64,000 bases of DNA from a virus (taxonomy: Duplodnaviria > Caudoviricetes): positions 4,091 to 68,090 of the IMG/VR virus record IMGVR_UViG_642918882_000001; one strand, given 5' to 3'. Below, piece by piece: positions 29,281 through 38,499 of the stretch. Numbering within the stretch: position 1 is the stretch's first letter; every line of letters starts with the position of its first letter. Made by a program: the position numbers and the translations under genes. The notes beneath the pieces are model-generated. The model worked only from the letters and a program-made list of their open reading frames with translations, made no database searches and was not told the origin of the DNA.

Positions 29281-29664
29281 ATGACGGTCGGCATCACGAC
29301 ATATCTCGCGAACAAGCTGCTCGATCACGTGTGCCGCAATGTCGCCTACACTCCCCCGGCCGTCGTTTACGTGAAGTACCACACCGGGGATCCCGGTGCT
29401 TCGGGCACGGCGAACGCGTCGGCGCAGACGACCCGGCTCGCGTGCAGCTTCGCAGCGGCGGCGTCCGGCTCGATCGCGGCCAACACGACGCCGGAGCAGG
29501 CGCTCACCGCGACGGAGACGATCAGCCACGTGTCGTTCTGGGACGCGGCGTCCTCCGGTAACTGCCTGTGGACGGCGGCGGCTACGGTGTCCAAGGGCGG
29601 CGTCGCGACGGACATCATCCGTATCGTCACCAACACGCTCACCTTCTCCCCGCTCGCCGCATAG
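29281..29664 (+). CDS. minor tail / fibre-associated protein
   Basis: YHTGDPGASGTAN...ISHVSFWDAASSGNCL motif. Confidence 0.7.
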   Translation: MTVGITTYLANKLLDHVCRNVAYTPPAVVYVKYHTGDPGASGTANASAQTTRLACSFAAAASGSIAANTTPEQALTATETISHVSFWDAASSGNCLWTAAATVSKGGVATDIIRIVTNTLTFSPLAA

Positions 29665-29672
29665 GAGGCACG

Positions 29673-30098
29673 ATGACGACTGCCGTCGACTCTCACCAGT
29701 GGGGTGTCCGTTGGGAGGCCGCACAGCTTCCTCCCGGCCTGACGCCGGACGTGCCCAATCCGCCCACCTACCCGGCCGATCAGTTGCCTCCGGTGACCTA
29801 CGACCCGGCGACCGGCAACCCGATCACGCCGGAGTACACGCCGGAGGAGCAGGAGATCCTCGACCGGTACCAGACCGAGACCGCCGTCTACGCCGAGAAC
29901 GTGGCGGCGTGGAACGCGGCCGTGGACGCCGTGCTGGCTGACGAGAGCAACTGGACCGTGGCGATGACTACCACCGTGGACGAGGCGTCGGCACGGGCGT
30001 TGCTGGCCGAACTTCGGGTGGCTCACGCCGGGGACAAGTACACGCGCAACTTCCACCTGATCACCGCGCCGCCTCGCACCTGGTCCGTGGTCGAATAA
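29673..30098 (+). CDS. hypothetical protein
   Basis: SD AGGAGG then ATG 29673. Confidence 0.7.
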   Translation: MTTAVDSHQWGVRWEAAQLPPGLTPDVPNPPTYPADQLPPVTYDPATGNPITPEYTPEEQEILDRYQTETAVYAENVAAWNAAVDAVLADESNWTVAMTTTVDEASARALLAELRVAHAGDKYTRNFHLITAPPRTWSVVE

Positions 30099-30108
30099 GC
30101 TGGCTGCC

Positions 30109-30762
30109 GTGTCGGCATACCTGGAGTACACAGAGCCGAACGTCTGCATCTCGGAGAACCTGACCACCGACGATGCGGGCCTGCTCCGCATGGAGCGGTG
30201 GGCTGTCCCCCGGCTGGTCGCTGACGTTCGCGCGCGGTCCGGCGGCGACGGCAAGGTCTACATCACCGACACTCCGCCGGGAAAGCTGCTCATCGACCAG
30301 CAGGTCGGCTGGAAGAACGACTCCCCGCTGGAGCAGATGGTCCAGATCCGCGTCTGCCGGTCGTGGAAGTCGTGGGTCGTCTCGAACCCGAACGCGATTC
30401 AGATCCGTGATCGCTGGTCGCGGATCATCACCGACAAGCCGGGAAAGCTCCCTGCGGATCCGGTGACGACGAACATCATGAACTCGCGGACCGGCACCTC
30501 GATCGACCTCGGGTCGAACTCCGTCGCGGAACCCGAGCCGGGTGTCCACTACGTGTGGATCGGCGCGAGCACGGAGGACGAGATCGTCGGCCCGGTCGGT
30601 CCCGGCGAGTCGATCAAGGTCTGGTACAAGCAGTACCTCTGGACCCCTCCTCCCTGGTCGGACAACGCGAACAAGAACAACCCGATCCATCAGGCGTCGA
30701 CCAACTGGACTCGGATCATGCTGACGGCGTTCCCGCAGCAGGGGAGGTTGGTCACGGGATGA
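30109..30762 (+). CDS. putative virion protein, paralogue 1 of 3
   Basis: WKNDSPLEQMV motif shared with the next two genes. Confidence 0.65.
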   Translation: MSAYLEYTEPNVCISENLTTDDAGLLRMERWAVPRLVADVRARSGGDGKVYITDTPPGKLLIDQQVGWKNDSPLEQMVQIRVCRSWKSWVVSNPNAIQIRDRWSRIITDKPGKLPADPVTTNIMNSRTGTSIDLGSNSVAEPEPGVHYVWIGASTEDEIVGPVGPGESIKVWYKQYLWTPPPWSDNANKNNPIHQASTNWTRIMLTAFPQQGRLVTG

Positions 30763-31358
30763 GCATCAAAATCTGCACATCTGAGCACATGCTGTCGACG
30801 GTCAACGGCCTCGACATGCGGCGCAACTGGTTCCCTCGGATCGCGGCCGAACGGTTCCTCAAGTCCGAGAAGGACGGCGAGATCAAGTCGTCGCCGGACC
30901 CGGTGACCATGATCGACGGCGACCTGACCTGGTTCAACAACTCCGACGAGGCTCAGGTCATCGCCGTCCAGGTGAAGCGGGCACCGCGCACGATCGTGGC
31001 GCAGTCGCCGTCCACCGTTCTCATCACCGACGCGTGGACGTTCGACCTCGGAAAGAACCCCTCCGCCGACCAGCCGACGACCTACCAGGACACGTTCGGC
31101 GGCAAGATGCAGATCGACCGGCCGGAGGCCCGAGCGGAAGACCTGAAGTTCGGCCGTCTCTTCTACGACTCCGACTCCTCGCAGGCGTGGGTGCCGTGCG
31201 GCGTGCTGGAGCCGTACGAAAGCATCCACTTCCGGTACCTGGCGGCGGTCTACACTCCCGGTGTGTGGACGACACCGACTGAGTTCGAGCCGCGCTGGGA
31301 GGCGTTCGCCTACTGGGCACGTCTGCTCTGCTACGCGTCCCCGGTGGGATCCCAGTGA
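30759..31358 (+). CDS. putative virion protein, paralogue 2 of 3
   Basis: ATGA overlap; WFNNSDEAQVI motif. Confidence 0.65.
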   Translation: MSIKICTSEHMLSTVNGLDMRRNWFPRIAAERFLKSEKDGEIKSSPDPVTMIDGDLTWFNNSDEAQVIAVQVKRAPRTIVAQSPSTVLITDAWTFDLGKNPSADQPTTYQDTFGGKMQIDRPEARAEDLKFGRLFYDSDSSQAWVPCGVLEPYESIHFRYLAAVYTPGVWTTPTEFEPRWEAFAYWARLLCYASPVGSQ

Positions 31359-32704
31359 CCGCGCCGTCTCCGGCGCATCCGGACCACTTCGAGGTTCTCG
31401 GAAACGCGATCCGGCCGCAGCCGTGGATGCAGTTGCGGCCGGTCGGATCCGGCGCGACCGCTCCCTCGGCGAGCAGGGTCTACGACCCGTCCGGCGGCGT
31501 CGCGAAGAACGAAGTTCTCCAGACCATGCAGGACCACTGGACGAACAACTCGCCGATCCCGCAGTACGTCTACGGACTGGTCACACGCGGCGGATCCCAG
31601 GTGACCCTCCAGGCCCGATCGCGCGGGTACATCGAACAGTCGCACGGCATCCTGATCGCACCGGACGCGGAGGACGACGACTTCGAGATGGCCGTCGTGT
31701 CCAAGTTCGGCGTCGGCGCGGACATCGGCAAGGGCGGCACCCTGGCGCTCGGCACGTCGTTCGGCGTGGCCGAACTTCGGGAGAACTCCGCCACGATCCA
31801 GCTCATGCCGCACATCACCGGGTGGCAGGTCGTCCAGCCGGGGGAGACGTTCCACGCTCGGGTCGAGACGCGGTTCCGGTCGGAATACTGGGAGAGCACC
31901 TCGATCGACGGCGGCGACACGAACGCGGTCTCGCAGGTGATCTCCGGCGAGCAGCGGCTCGACCTGTTCGCGTGTCCGGCGGTGACTCCGCCCCCTCCGC
32001 GTCCCACTCCGGAGATTGTCGGCGAGCCGACGTACGGTATCGCCGTCGGCGACCTGCTCGGCGAGGTCTTCGGGTCCGGCGCGGTGACGAGGGCGGACGT
32101 TCCCGAGGGTACCGAGGAGGGGGACACGATCCTCGCGATCGTCGCGAACAACTTCGGCCTGGCGTCCGACATCGTGCCGGTCGAGGAGGGCTGGACGAAG
32201 CTCGGCGGCACCGTCAACGACGGCCTCGGCGGCATCGCCGACGTTCACGCGAAGATGTACGTCCGCCAGGCCACGGCTGACGAACCTGACGACTATGGTT
32301 TCGGCAACGGCATCCTCGCGGAGGAAACCGTTGTCCTGGTGACGATTCGGAACGCGGAACCGGACATCGGTCAGGGGTGGAACACCGCCTCGGCGCTCCG
32401 CCGGTTCTTCTGGGAGCGGGACGACGGGCACATCGCTCCGTCGATCGACCGGAAGGGCCAATTGCTGCTCTGCGCTTCGTATCTCGGCTTCTCAGTGGCG
32501 CAGCCGTACATCACGCAGGAGGCACCGGACCACATGACGGAGCTTCTCGATGTTCACGGCGACGGCTCGTCATTCGCACTGGCCGTGATGGAGAACCCGC
32601 CCCGGCCGACCGGCGCGAGAACCTTTGCGCCTTCGGCGGATCCGGTGTGGTCCGGCCGGTCGATCACGTTGACGATCCTGATCCCTGGCAAGCTGGAGTT
32701 GTAA
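31355..32704 (+). CDS. putative minor tail protein, paralogue 3 with an extra C-terminal domain
   Basis: WTNNSPIPQYV motif, Pro-rich linker and a second domain. Confidence 0.65.
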   Translation: MTAPSPAHPDHFEVLGNAIRPQPWMQLRPVGSGATAPSASRVYDPSGGVAKNEVLQTMQDHWTNNSPIPQYVYGLVTRGGSQVTLQARSRGYIEQSHGILIAPDAEDDDFEMAVVSKFGVGADIGKGGTLALGTSFGVAELRENSATIQLMPHITGWQVVQPGETFHARVETRFRSEYWESTSIDGGDTNAVSQVISGEQRLDLFACPAVTPPPPRPTPEIVGEPTYGIAVGDLLGEVFGSGAVTRADVPEGTEEGDTILAIVANNFGLASDIVPVEEGWTKLGGTVNDGLGGIADVHAKMYVRQATADEPDDYGFGNGILAEETVVLVTIRNAEPDIGQGWNTASALRRFFWERDDGHIAPSIDRKGQLLLCASYLGFSVAQPYITQEAPDHMTELLDVHGDGSSFALAVMENPPRPTGARTFAPSADPVWSGRSITLTILIPGKLEL

Positions 32705-32726
32705 CCCCGACCTCGGAGGTCAGCCC

Positions 32727-33095
32727 ATGTACGAGCCGCCACCCGGCTATGACGATCTCGTCGCCGACGCCGACGACGACACCGCAGAGGTACCGAACGC
32801 GCGGTGGACCACCGTCGTGCTGGAGGGCATCGGCGCGGTGGAGATCCGGCGTCCGCTGCCGAAAGCCGCTGCCGCGCTCGCCATGGCGGCGAACGCCAGG
32901 ATCAGCCCGGTCACGCAGCAGCACTACCTCACGCTGTTCGTCCAGAACCACGTCCGGCCGGGAACCGTGGAGAGGCTGTTCGCTCAGATGATGGAGGGCG
33001 AGGCCCCGACGGACACGTTCCAGCGCGTGGCCCGTGCGATCGCGACGGAGGGCACTGCCCGCCCTACACGGCGGTCATTACGCTCAGCGTCTTGA
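32727..33095 (+). CDS. second tail-assembly-chaperone-like protein (G-like), ending ...ARPT
   Basis: Visible similarity to 15641-16195; SD GGAGG. Confidence 0.6.
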   Translation: MYEPPPGYDDLVADADDDTAEVPNARWTTVVLEGIGAVEIRRPLPKAAAALAMAANARISPVTQQHYLTLFVQNHVRPGTVERLFAQMMEGEAPTDTFQRVARAIATEGTARPTRRSLRSAS

Positions 33096-33415
33096 CCGCT
33101 CACCACTGGAGACTCGTCCGTACCAAGCTCGCGTCGAACGGCATTCTCGACCCCCTGGCGCTCCCCTCGCTGCACGCGTTGCTCGACCACATCGAAAGCA
33201 TCGCGCTGGAGTCGTTCGTCGGAGGGAAGACCCCAGAGCACGACAAACTGCAACGCGAGGCGTTCCTCGACAAGCTCTACGCGCCGGATCCCGAGCACAG
33301 GATGCTCAACGGGGAGGAGTACGTGCCCAAGCCGTCGGCGTTCGAGGATCCCAAGGCGATCGAGGACGGCTTTGACTCGTTCATGGGCGCTGTGTCTCGT
33401 CGGCGGGCACGTTGA
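33062..33415 (+). CDS. T-like ORF in the -1 frame, probably reached by frameshift from 32727
   Basis: Coding-like frame PYTAVITLSVLTAHHW...DPLALP...LYAP with no good SD or start of its own. Confidence 0.55.
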   Translation, partial: PYTAVITLSVLTAHHWRLVRTKLASNGILDPLALPSLHALLDHIESIALESFVGGKTPEHDKLQREAFLDKLYAPDPEHRMLNGEEYVPKPSAFEDPKAIEDGFDSFMGAVSRRRAR

Positions 33416-33432
33416 GCGGTTAGGATCGCGCC

Positions 33433-33843
33433 GTGGCCTACTTCGCGATGTACGACCCTGCCAAGCCGCCGGGTCAGCGTCTCGCTCCGGAGGTCCGCGC
33501 CGAGATCGCCATCGTGGCACCGTCCGGCCTCAACGACGGCGCGGTGACGACGATCAAGCTGGACGAGGGCGCGGTGACGGAACCGAAGCTGGGATACGGC
33601 TCGGTGACCAGCACGAAGATCGCGGCCGGTGGCGTCGAACTCGTCAACATGGCTCAGGAGTCGGTCGACACCGCGCAACTGGTCGATGACTCGGTCACGG
33701 ACGAGAAGGCCGGTCCCGGCGTGATGCAGTGCCACGACGACGCGGGCAACCCGGTCACCTTCGACTTCGTGCCGATGACGGCGGAGAGCTACGCCGCCTT
33801 GACCACCAAGGCTCCGAACACCCTCTACGGCCTGACGACCTGA
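33433..33843 (+). CDS. small tail-fibre-like protein
   Basis: 10-aa repeats (GAVTTIKLDE, GAVTEPKLGY, GSVTSTKIAA); C-terminal YAALTTKAPNTLY. Confidence 0.65.
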   Translation: MAYFAMYDPAKPPGQRLAPEVRAEIAIVAPSGLNDGAVTTIKLDEGAVTEPKLGYGSVTSTKIAAGGVELVNMAQESVDTAQLVDDSVTDEKAGPGVMQCHDDAGNPVTFDFVPMTAESYAALTTKAPNTLYGLTT

Positions 33844-34568
33844 TGCCTGGCCTGTTCCTCGGAGACGCACCGCTCCGCGCGCTCTGGCTCGGCGGCGACT
33901 TCCTCACGTCCCTGGTGCTGACGGACGACGAGGGCGATCCCACGACGATCTGGGAGACCTCCCAGTACGGCGACGACTTCGATCGTCCCGACGCGAGCAC
34001 CGCCGGATCCAACTGGACGATCACCGCAGGCGCGAACGGCTCCCTCGGCATCGTCTCGAAGATGGCGCGGCACACCATGCCGGACGGCCTGATCGGCAAC
34101 TTCGTCGTCCAGACGGCGCGCGGCCGGTACATCGCCGACATGGCTGATCAGGACGACGTGGTGACGGAGTTCCGGATCGGCTCGCAGGGATCCGGCGACA
34201 ACCTGCTCGGCGCGAAGCACCCGACCACGATCTTCCACCGCCACTCCAACTCCGACTTCTCGTCCGGTGTCGGCGTCCGGCTGGAGTCGTCCACGCTCAA
34301 GATCGTCCGCCGCGTCTCCAGCACGGAGACGGTGATGGTCACCGGTGACGGCTTCAAGGCCGGGGACATCTGCCGGTTCAAGTCGGCCGGGAACGTCCAC
34401 ACGCTCTATCGCAACGGACACCTCGCGGCGGACCCCTGGAACGACACAGGTGAAACGGCGGCGAAGGGGGCGTCCAACCGCCGGATCGGACTCGTCGTCA
34501 CGGCCTCGAAAGACCTGCTCGGCCCTCGTCGCTTCTCCCCCGGCATCGACTACATCGTGTCCGGATAG
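33843..34568 (+). CDS. putative minor tail protein (beta-sandwich / lectin-like)
   Basis: TGATG coupling; DDFDRPDAST..GSNW motif. Confidence 0.6.
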   Translation: MPGLFLGDAPLRALWLGGDFLTSLVLTDDEGDPTTIWETSQYGDDFDRPDASTAGSNWTITAGANGSLGIVSKMARHTMPDGLIGNFVVQTARGRYIADMADQDDVVTEFRIGSQGSGDNLLGAKHPTTIFHRHSNSDFSSGVGVRLESSTLKIVRRVSSTETVMVTGDGFKAGDICRFKSAGNVHTLYRNGHLAADPWNDTGETAAKGASNRRIGLVVTASKDLLGPRRFSPGIDYIVSG

Positions 34569-34602
34569 CAGAACGCCGCCGGACGGATCCGACGGCGTTC
34601 TG
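34569..34602. terminator. hairpin between convergent operons
   Basis: CAGAACGCCG...CGGCGTTCTG. Confidence 0.7.
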
Positions 34603-34623
34603 TGTGATCAGCGCGAAGCCAGT

Positions 34624-34860
34624 CTACCTCTGGCCCCAATTCCCGCGACCGGGACGGCTGGCGTGCCATGCCTCGATCGTGGACTTCTTCCAGCCCTTGT
34701 GGTTGCCGACGATGATGTCCGGCTCGGGCATGTTCATCCCGCTCAGGCTGTGGATGGACTTGACCCCGATGAACTCGGCGACCTCGGACCGCGAGAGGTA
34801 CACGTCAGCGTCCCCCGAGGTGTCCTCGGGGATCGCTGCGCTGGTGTCCCGTGCTGTCAT
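34624..34860 (-). CDS. AlpA/excisionase-like HTH DNA-binding protein
   Basis: YLSRSEVAEFIGV...PEPD...GW...TIEAW. Confidence 0.75.
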   Translation of the reverse strand: MTARDTSAAIPEDTSGDADVYLSRSEVAEFIGVKSIHSLSGMNMPEPDIIVGNHKGWKKSTIEAWHASRPGRGNWGQR

Positions 34861-35294
34861 CCTGCCTCCCTTGTCGGTGCCTTACCCGACAGTATAGGGG
34901 TTATGCTGCCGGATTCAAACGCTGCCCTCCCGAGCACCGCGCGTGTCCACTCGTTGCGCGGATCTCCGGAGACCTCGATCGTCACGGTCCCCGTGCTGTC
35001 GCCGAGCATCCCCTCCGCGACGGCGATCGTGTCGGCGACCTCGTTGTCGAACCTGTCCGCGATGGCCTGGGCGGTGTCGAGGAATCCCGGCGGCATCTCG
35101 TCGTCCCCGGCCTCGACCCTCTGGTAGGTCCGGACGGCGACCTTCATCTGCACCGCCATACCGACCTTCGACAGGCCCGTGTAGAGCCGGATGCTGCGGA
35201 GCACCTCTCCGAGACCGTCCGTGTAGACCGGCGGGTTCCTCGGCGGCTTCTGCTCCTCGCTGGCGGTCGATCCCGCCTCGGTGGTTGTCGTCAT
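34857..35294 (-). CDS. XRE-like HTH DNA-binding protein
   Basis: LRSIRLYTGLSKVGMAVQMKVAVRTYQRVEAG; SD AGGAG before ATG 35294. Confidence 0.75.
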   Translation of the reverse strand: MTTTTEAGSTASEEQKPPRNPPVYTDGLGEVLRSIRLYTGLSKVGMAVQMKVAVRTYQRVEAGDDEMPPGFLDTAQAIADRFDNEVADTIAVAEGMLGDSTGTVTIEVSGDPRNEWTRAVLGRAAFESGSITPILSGKAPTREAG

Positions 35295-35338
35295 GTCACT
35301 CTCCTGTTCTGTGGGTTCCTTGGGTGGATAGGGGCCGT

Positions 35339-36037
35339 TCACGCCTTGCTCGCGCACACCGGTCCGAGGCCGCGCTCGATGCTCTCCTGCTTGGTCAACG
35401 GCGACGCGCACCGTCCGCAGCGTCCGTACACCTGGCCGAACTTCGCCGCCTGGTCCGGCGTCATCCGGACCAGCCGGGGATTGCGGGCGAGCGCCATGCC
35501 GCCGTACTCCCACTCGATCTCGGCCGGACGCATCTTGCCGGTCGGGCTGTCGGCGGCGTCGACCTTCTCGGTGATCACGCCGACGAACTTCGCTCCGACC
35601 TGCTTATTCGCGCCGTGAACGGTGTGGTAGAGCTTCACGATCGTGTCGCCGAGCATGTAGAACCCGTCCTCGCGCTCGGTGCTGACCGCCTGGTCGCGGT
35701 CGACCGTCTTCAACCGGCCGATCAGGTCGCTCGCCTCGCTGATCGCCAACGGTTCCTGATTGGCGGCGATCAGGATCGCGTTGATCATCTCGCCGTCGGT
35801 GCCCTTGCCCGCCAGGATCGCCTTCGCGGACTCGGGGATCTCGTCCAGGTCGCGGCTGTCGACCCACCGGAGGGCCACCGACACGATCGCCGTGCGAGCG
35901 ACGAACTCGGCGTCATCGACGGACTTCCAATCGCGCTCGGTGAGCAGCGTCCGGATGAAGCTCAACTGCGGATCGCTCGCGGGCCGGACGTACTGCGCGG
36001 CGGCGACGCGGGACTTGGTGTCGAAGGGTGTTGCCAT
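35339..36037 (-). CDS. DUF6011-like Zn-finger protein under repeat cassette
   Basis: C-terminal CGRCASPLT..ESIERGLGPVC. Confidence 0.75.
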   Translation of the reverse strand: MATPFDTKSRVAAAQYVRPASDPQLSFIRTLLTERDWKSVDDAEFVARTAIVSVALRWVDSRDLDEIPESAKAILAGKGTDGEMINAILIAANQEPLAISEASDLIGRLKTVDRDQAVSTEREDGFYMLGDTIVKLYHTVHGANKQVGAKFVGVITEKVDAADSPTGKMRPAEIEWEYGGMALARNPRLVRMTPDQAAKFGQVYGRCGRCASPLTKQESIERGLGPVCASKA

Positions 36038-36042
36038 GGTGA

Positions 36043-36106
36043 CCTCTCCGGCGGGTCCATCCCGCCTCCGTGGGATTAACAATACCATTGTTGTCGGTAT
36101 TGTCAA
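36043..36106 (-). promoter_or_regulatory. repeat cassette (perfect ACAATACC-N9-GGTATTGT)
   Basis: TTGACA ATACCGACAACAATGG TATTGT ... GGCGGG ATGGA CCCGCC GGAGAGG TCACC ATG. Confidence 0.85.
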
Positions 36107-36141
36107 ACCCCGACCGCACCGACACCGGCTACAGTGACGAC

Positions 36142-37365
36142 ATGCCCGCAGTCCTCGGACAATTGACGCTCGATTCCAGTTACGACGACGTGGCGAACGC
36201 GATCGTGCAGGAGTCATTCCGGCGCGGGCACCAGCGCGTCGAGGCGGTGGCCGAACTCGCGACCGGGATCCAGGAGTCGTCACTGCGTCCGCGCGCCGTG
36301 TCGGCGAACGGGAAGTGGAAGGGCGTCTACCAGCAGGACACCAGCTATCCCGGCCGCGACAACGCGAACGAGCAGATCCGCGAGTTCATGAACCGGCTCG
36401 ACGTGAAGCGCCGCTCGCCGAACCACGGCGACATCTGGGGAAACATCTTCTGGCTCCAGCAGCGACCGGGGGAGCCTTCGGCGGCTGCGGCGTACGCGAA
36501 CGGCCGGAAGGCCTACATGACCGAGATCAAGTCGAGGACCGCCGAGGCGGAGCGACTGGTCGCGAAATACTGGCCCGCCGACAACCCTTCGACCCCGACA
36601 CCAGGAGGCACAGCGCCCGTGGTCGCACGACCGGACTTCAACGAGATCAACGAGATCGACGGCACCCACGCGTCACCGCGCAGCCGTCCTCCGATCAACT
36701 TCTTCCTGCACACCCAGGAGGGGAACGGGAACGCTCAGACCCTCGCGGCGTACCTGCGGAGCACGTCCGGCGCTGGAGCGGTGAGCTACCACTACACGGT
36801 CCACGAAGACCCGAATGATCACGGCGTGACCGTGGTGGACGTGGTCGACACCGACTACTACTCCTGGTCCGTGCTGGACGCGAACGTCTTCTCGATCAAC
36901 CTCTGCTTCGCCGGGTCGTACGCAGCATGGACGCGGGAGCAGTGGCTCTCGAAGGCCAGCCGCGCGATCGACGTGGCGGCGTACCTGGCCGTCGAGGACT
37001 GCAAAAAGTACCCGACGATCGCCGCTGACGTGATCCTCCCTCCGTACACGAACCGGCCGGGGATCTCCGACCACCGGTACGTGACGAAGTGCCTCGGGAT
37101 CGGCAGCCACACGGACGTGGGCGGACCTATGCAGGCACCGTGGACTGGGTTCCCGTGGGACGTGTTCCAGGCGGCGGTGAACAAGTACGCGGGTGTCCCC
37201 GTCGGCGCACCGGAACCGGCACAGCCCACGTTCGAGCAGTGGCTCGCGAAGGCCTCCGAAGCCGACCTCCTGCGGTACGTCGCCGAGCAGCTCGGGCCGG
37301 GACATCCGGCGTGGGAGTCGAAGGGCATGACGCTCCGCGACAAACTCTGGAGTCTGGGGACGTAG
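36142..37365 (+). CDS. lysA: lysin A (lysozyme-like N-terminal domain plus amidase-2)
   Basis: QES...GVYQQ; amidase motifs LHTQEG, VSYHY, SINLCFAG and HTDVG. Confidence 0.85.
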   Translation: MPAVLGQLTLDSSYDDVANAIVQESFRRGHQRVEAVAELATGIQESSLRPRAVSANGKWKGVYQQDTSYPGRDNANEQIREFMNRLDVKRRSPNHGDIWGNIFWLQQRPGEPSAAAAYANGRKAYMTEIKSRTAEAERLVAKYWPADNPSTPTPGGTAPVVARPDFNEINEIDGTHASPRSRPPINFFLHTQEGNGNAQTLAAYLRSTSGAGAVSYHYTVHEDPNDHGVTVVDVVDTDYYSWSVLDANVFSINLCFAGSYAAWTREQWLSKASRAIDVAAYLAVEDCKKYPTIAADVILPPYTNRPGISDHRYVTKCLGIGSHTDVGGPMQAPWTGFPWDVFQAAVNKYAGVPVGAPEPAQPTFEQWLAKASEADLLRYVAEQLGPGHPAWESKGMTLRDKLWSLGT

Positions 37366-38430
37366 ATGCACCTCGCAGGACAGTACGTCGGCCTCGGTAT
37401 CGGCGGGCCGGACGACCTCGGTCCGGACGTGTCCGACGAGATCGCCAACATCAAACGGTTCCTGCGCGCCAAGTTCACTCCGGCACGGAACACCCTGGAC
37501 GAGGGGCCGGTGTTCACCCCGGCGCTCGTCGCCGAGGTCATCCGGATCCAGGGCGTCTACATCGACCAGGGCCGGTTGACGCCGGAGCAGGTGATCCCTG
37601 GAGTGGTCAACCTGGCGTTCAAGTACGCGGTGGGCTACCTCAGCCGCGAGATCATCCTGCCGCTGACGTTCTCGGTCGAGGGCCACATGTCCGATATGTG
37701 GATCGGTCCGGCGGCGTGGGTCGGCGAAGTCCTGCGCGCCGAGGGACGGGCGCTGCACTTCCCGACGGCGTACGACCGCTTCGCGCTGCCGTTCAAGAAC
37801 GAGACGGGCGTCAGGGAGCTTGCACGACGAGTCGGGCAGACGGTGCAGGACAACGGCGTGAAGTTCCCGGCCGGGACGCCGTGGGTAGGCACCGCGTTCT
37901 CGCAGGGGTCGATGATCTGGTGCGACTTCTACCGGCAGTACCTCATGCCGGGGAAGCCGCTCCATTGGCGGCTGAAAGACCTGGTGGCGGCGGTCGTGTG
38001 CGGAAACCCCGACCGCGAGAAGGGTGTCGTCGCGCCCTGGATCCCCGACCCTCCGGCACCGGACCGGCAGGGGATCATGGACGACGCCGATCGCATGGTG
38101 AACACTCCGCCGGGATGGGTCGAGATCGCGCGACGCGGAGACTTGTACACGGACAACGAGTCCACGGGCGAACGAGGCCTGAACAAGACCGCGATCGCCA
38201 AGATCATCACGCAGAACAAATGGTGGGGCGGACCGGCCGGACTGGTCGCGCGGGTGACGGATCTGGTCTCCGGACCGGCCGACGACCTGGTCCCTATCGC
38301 CCTGGCGCTCTACGACGCGATCAGGTTTGTCGGCACCGGCCTCCAGGCGCACGGAGGCTACGACATGGAACCGGCGGCGCAGTTCGTGCGGGAACGTCTC
38401 GCGACCAGGAAGAACATCTTGGTAGCCTGA
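37366..38430 (+). CDS. lysB: lysin B (cutinase-like esterase)
   Basis: AFSQG nucleophile elbow, GNP motif, GDLY and HGGY; follows lysA. Confidence 0.85.
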   Translation: MHLAGQYVGLGIGGPDDLGPDVSDEIANIKRFLRAKFTPARNTLDEGPVFTPALVAEVIRIQGVYIDQGRLTPEQVIPGVVNLAFKYAVGYLSREIILPLTFSVEGHMSDMWIGPAAWVGEVLRAEGRALHFPTAYDRFALPFKNETGVRELARRVGQTVQDNGVKFPAGTPWVGTAFSQGSMIWCDFYRQYLMPGKPLHWRLKDLVAAVVCGNPDREKGVVAPWIPDPPAPDRQGIMDDADRMVNTPPGWVEIARRGDLYTDNESTGERGLNKTAIAKIITQNKWWGGPAGLVARVTDLVSGPADDLVPIALALYDAIRFVGTGLQAHGGYDMEPAAQFVRERLATRKNILVA

Positions 38431-38454
38431 CCTCATCGGTTGGGAGGCCGTAGA

Positions 38455-38488
38455 CGAAGGCCCCGGTGCCATGACACCGGGGCCTTCG
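38455..38488. terminator. bidirectional terminator between the lysis and replication blocks
   Basis: CGAAGGCCCCGGTG-CCATGA-CACCGGGGCCTTCG, perfect 14-bp stem. Confidence 0.8.
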
Positions 38489-38499
38489 CTATCCGAGCG

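Noticed and set aside
34624-34860. Excisionase implying a prophage or temperate lifestyle
   Set aside because: No integrase, attP or host genes are visible in the window, so it is treated as a generic HTH protein.
36070-36141. ORF-track N-terminal extensions of lysA and of 13472, 60515, 62407, 59239 and 56315
   Set aside because: They run through cassette or promoter DNA; the downstream starts have better signals.
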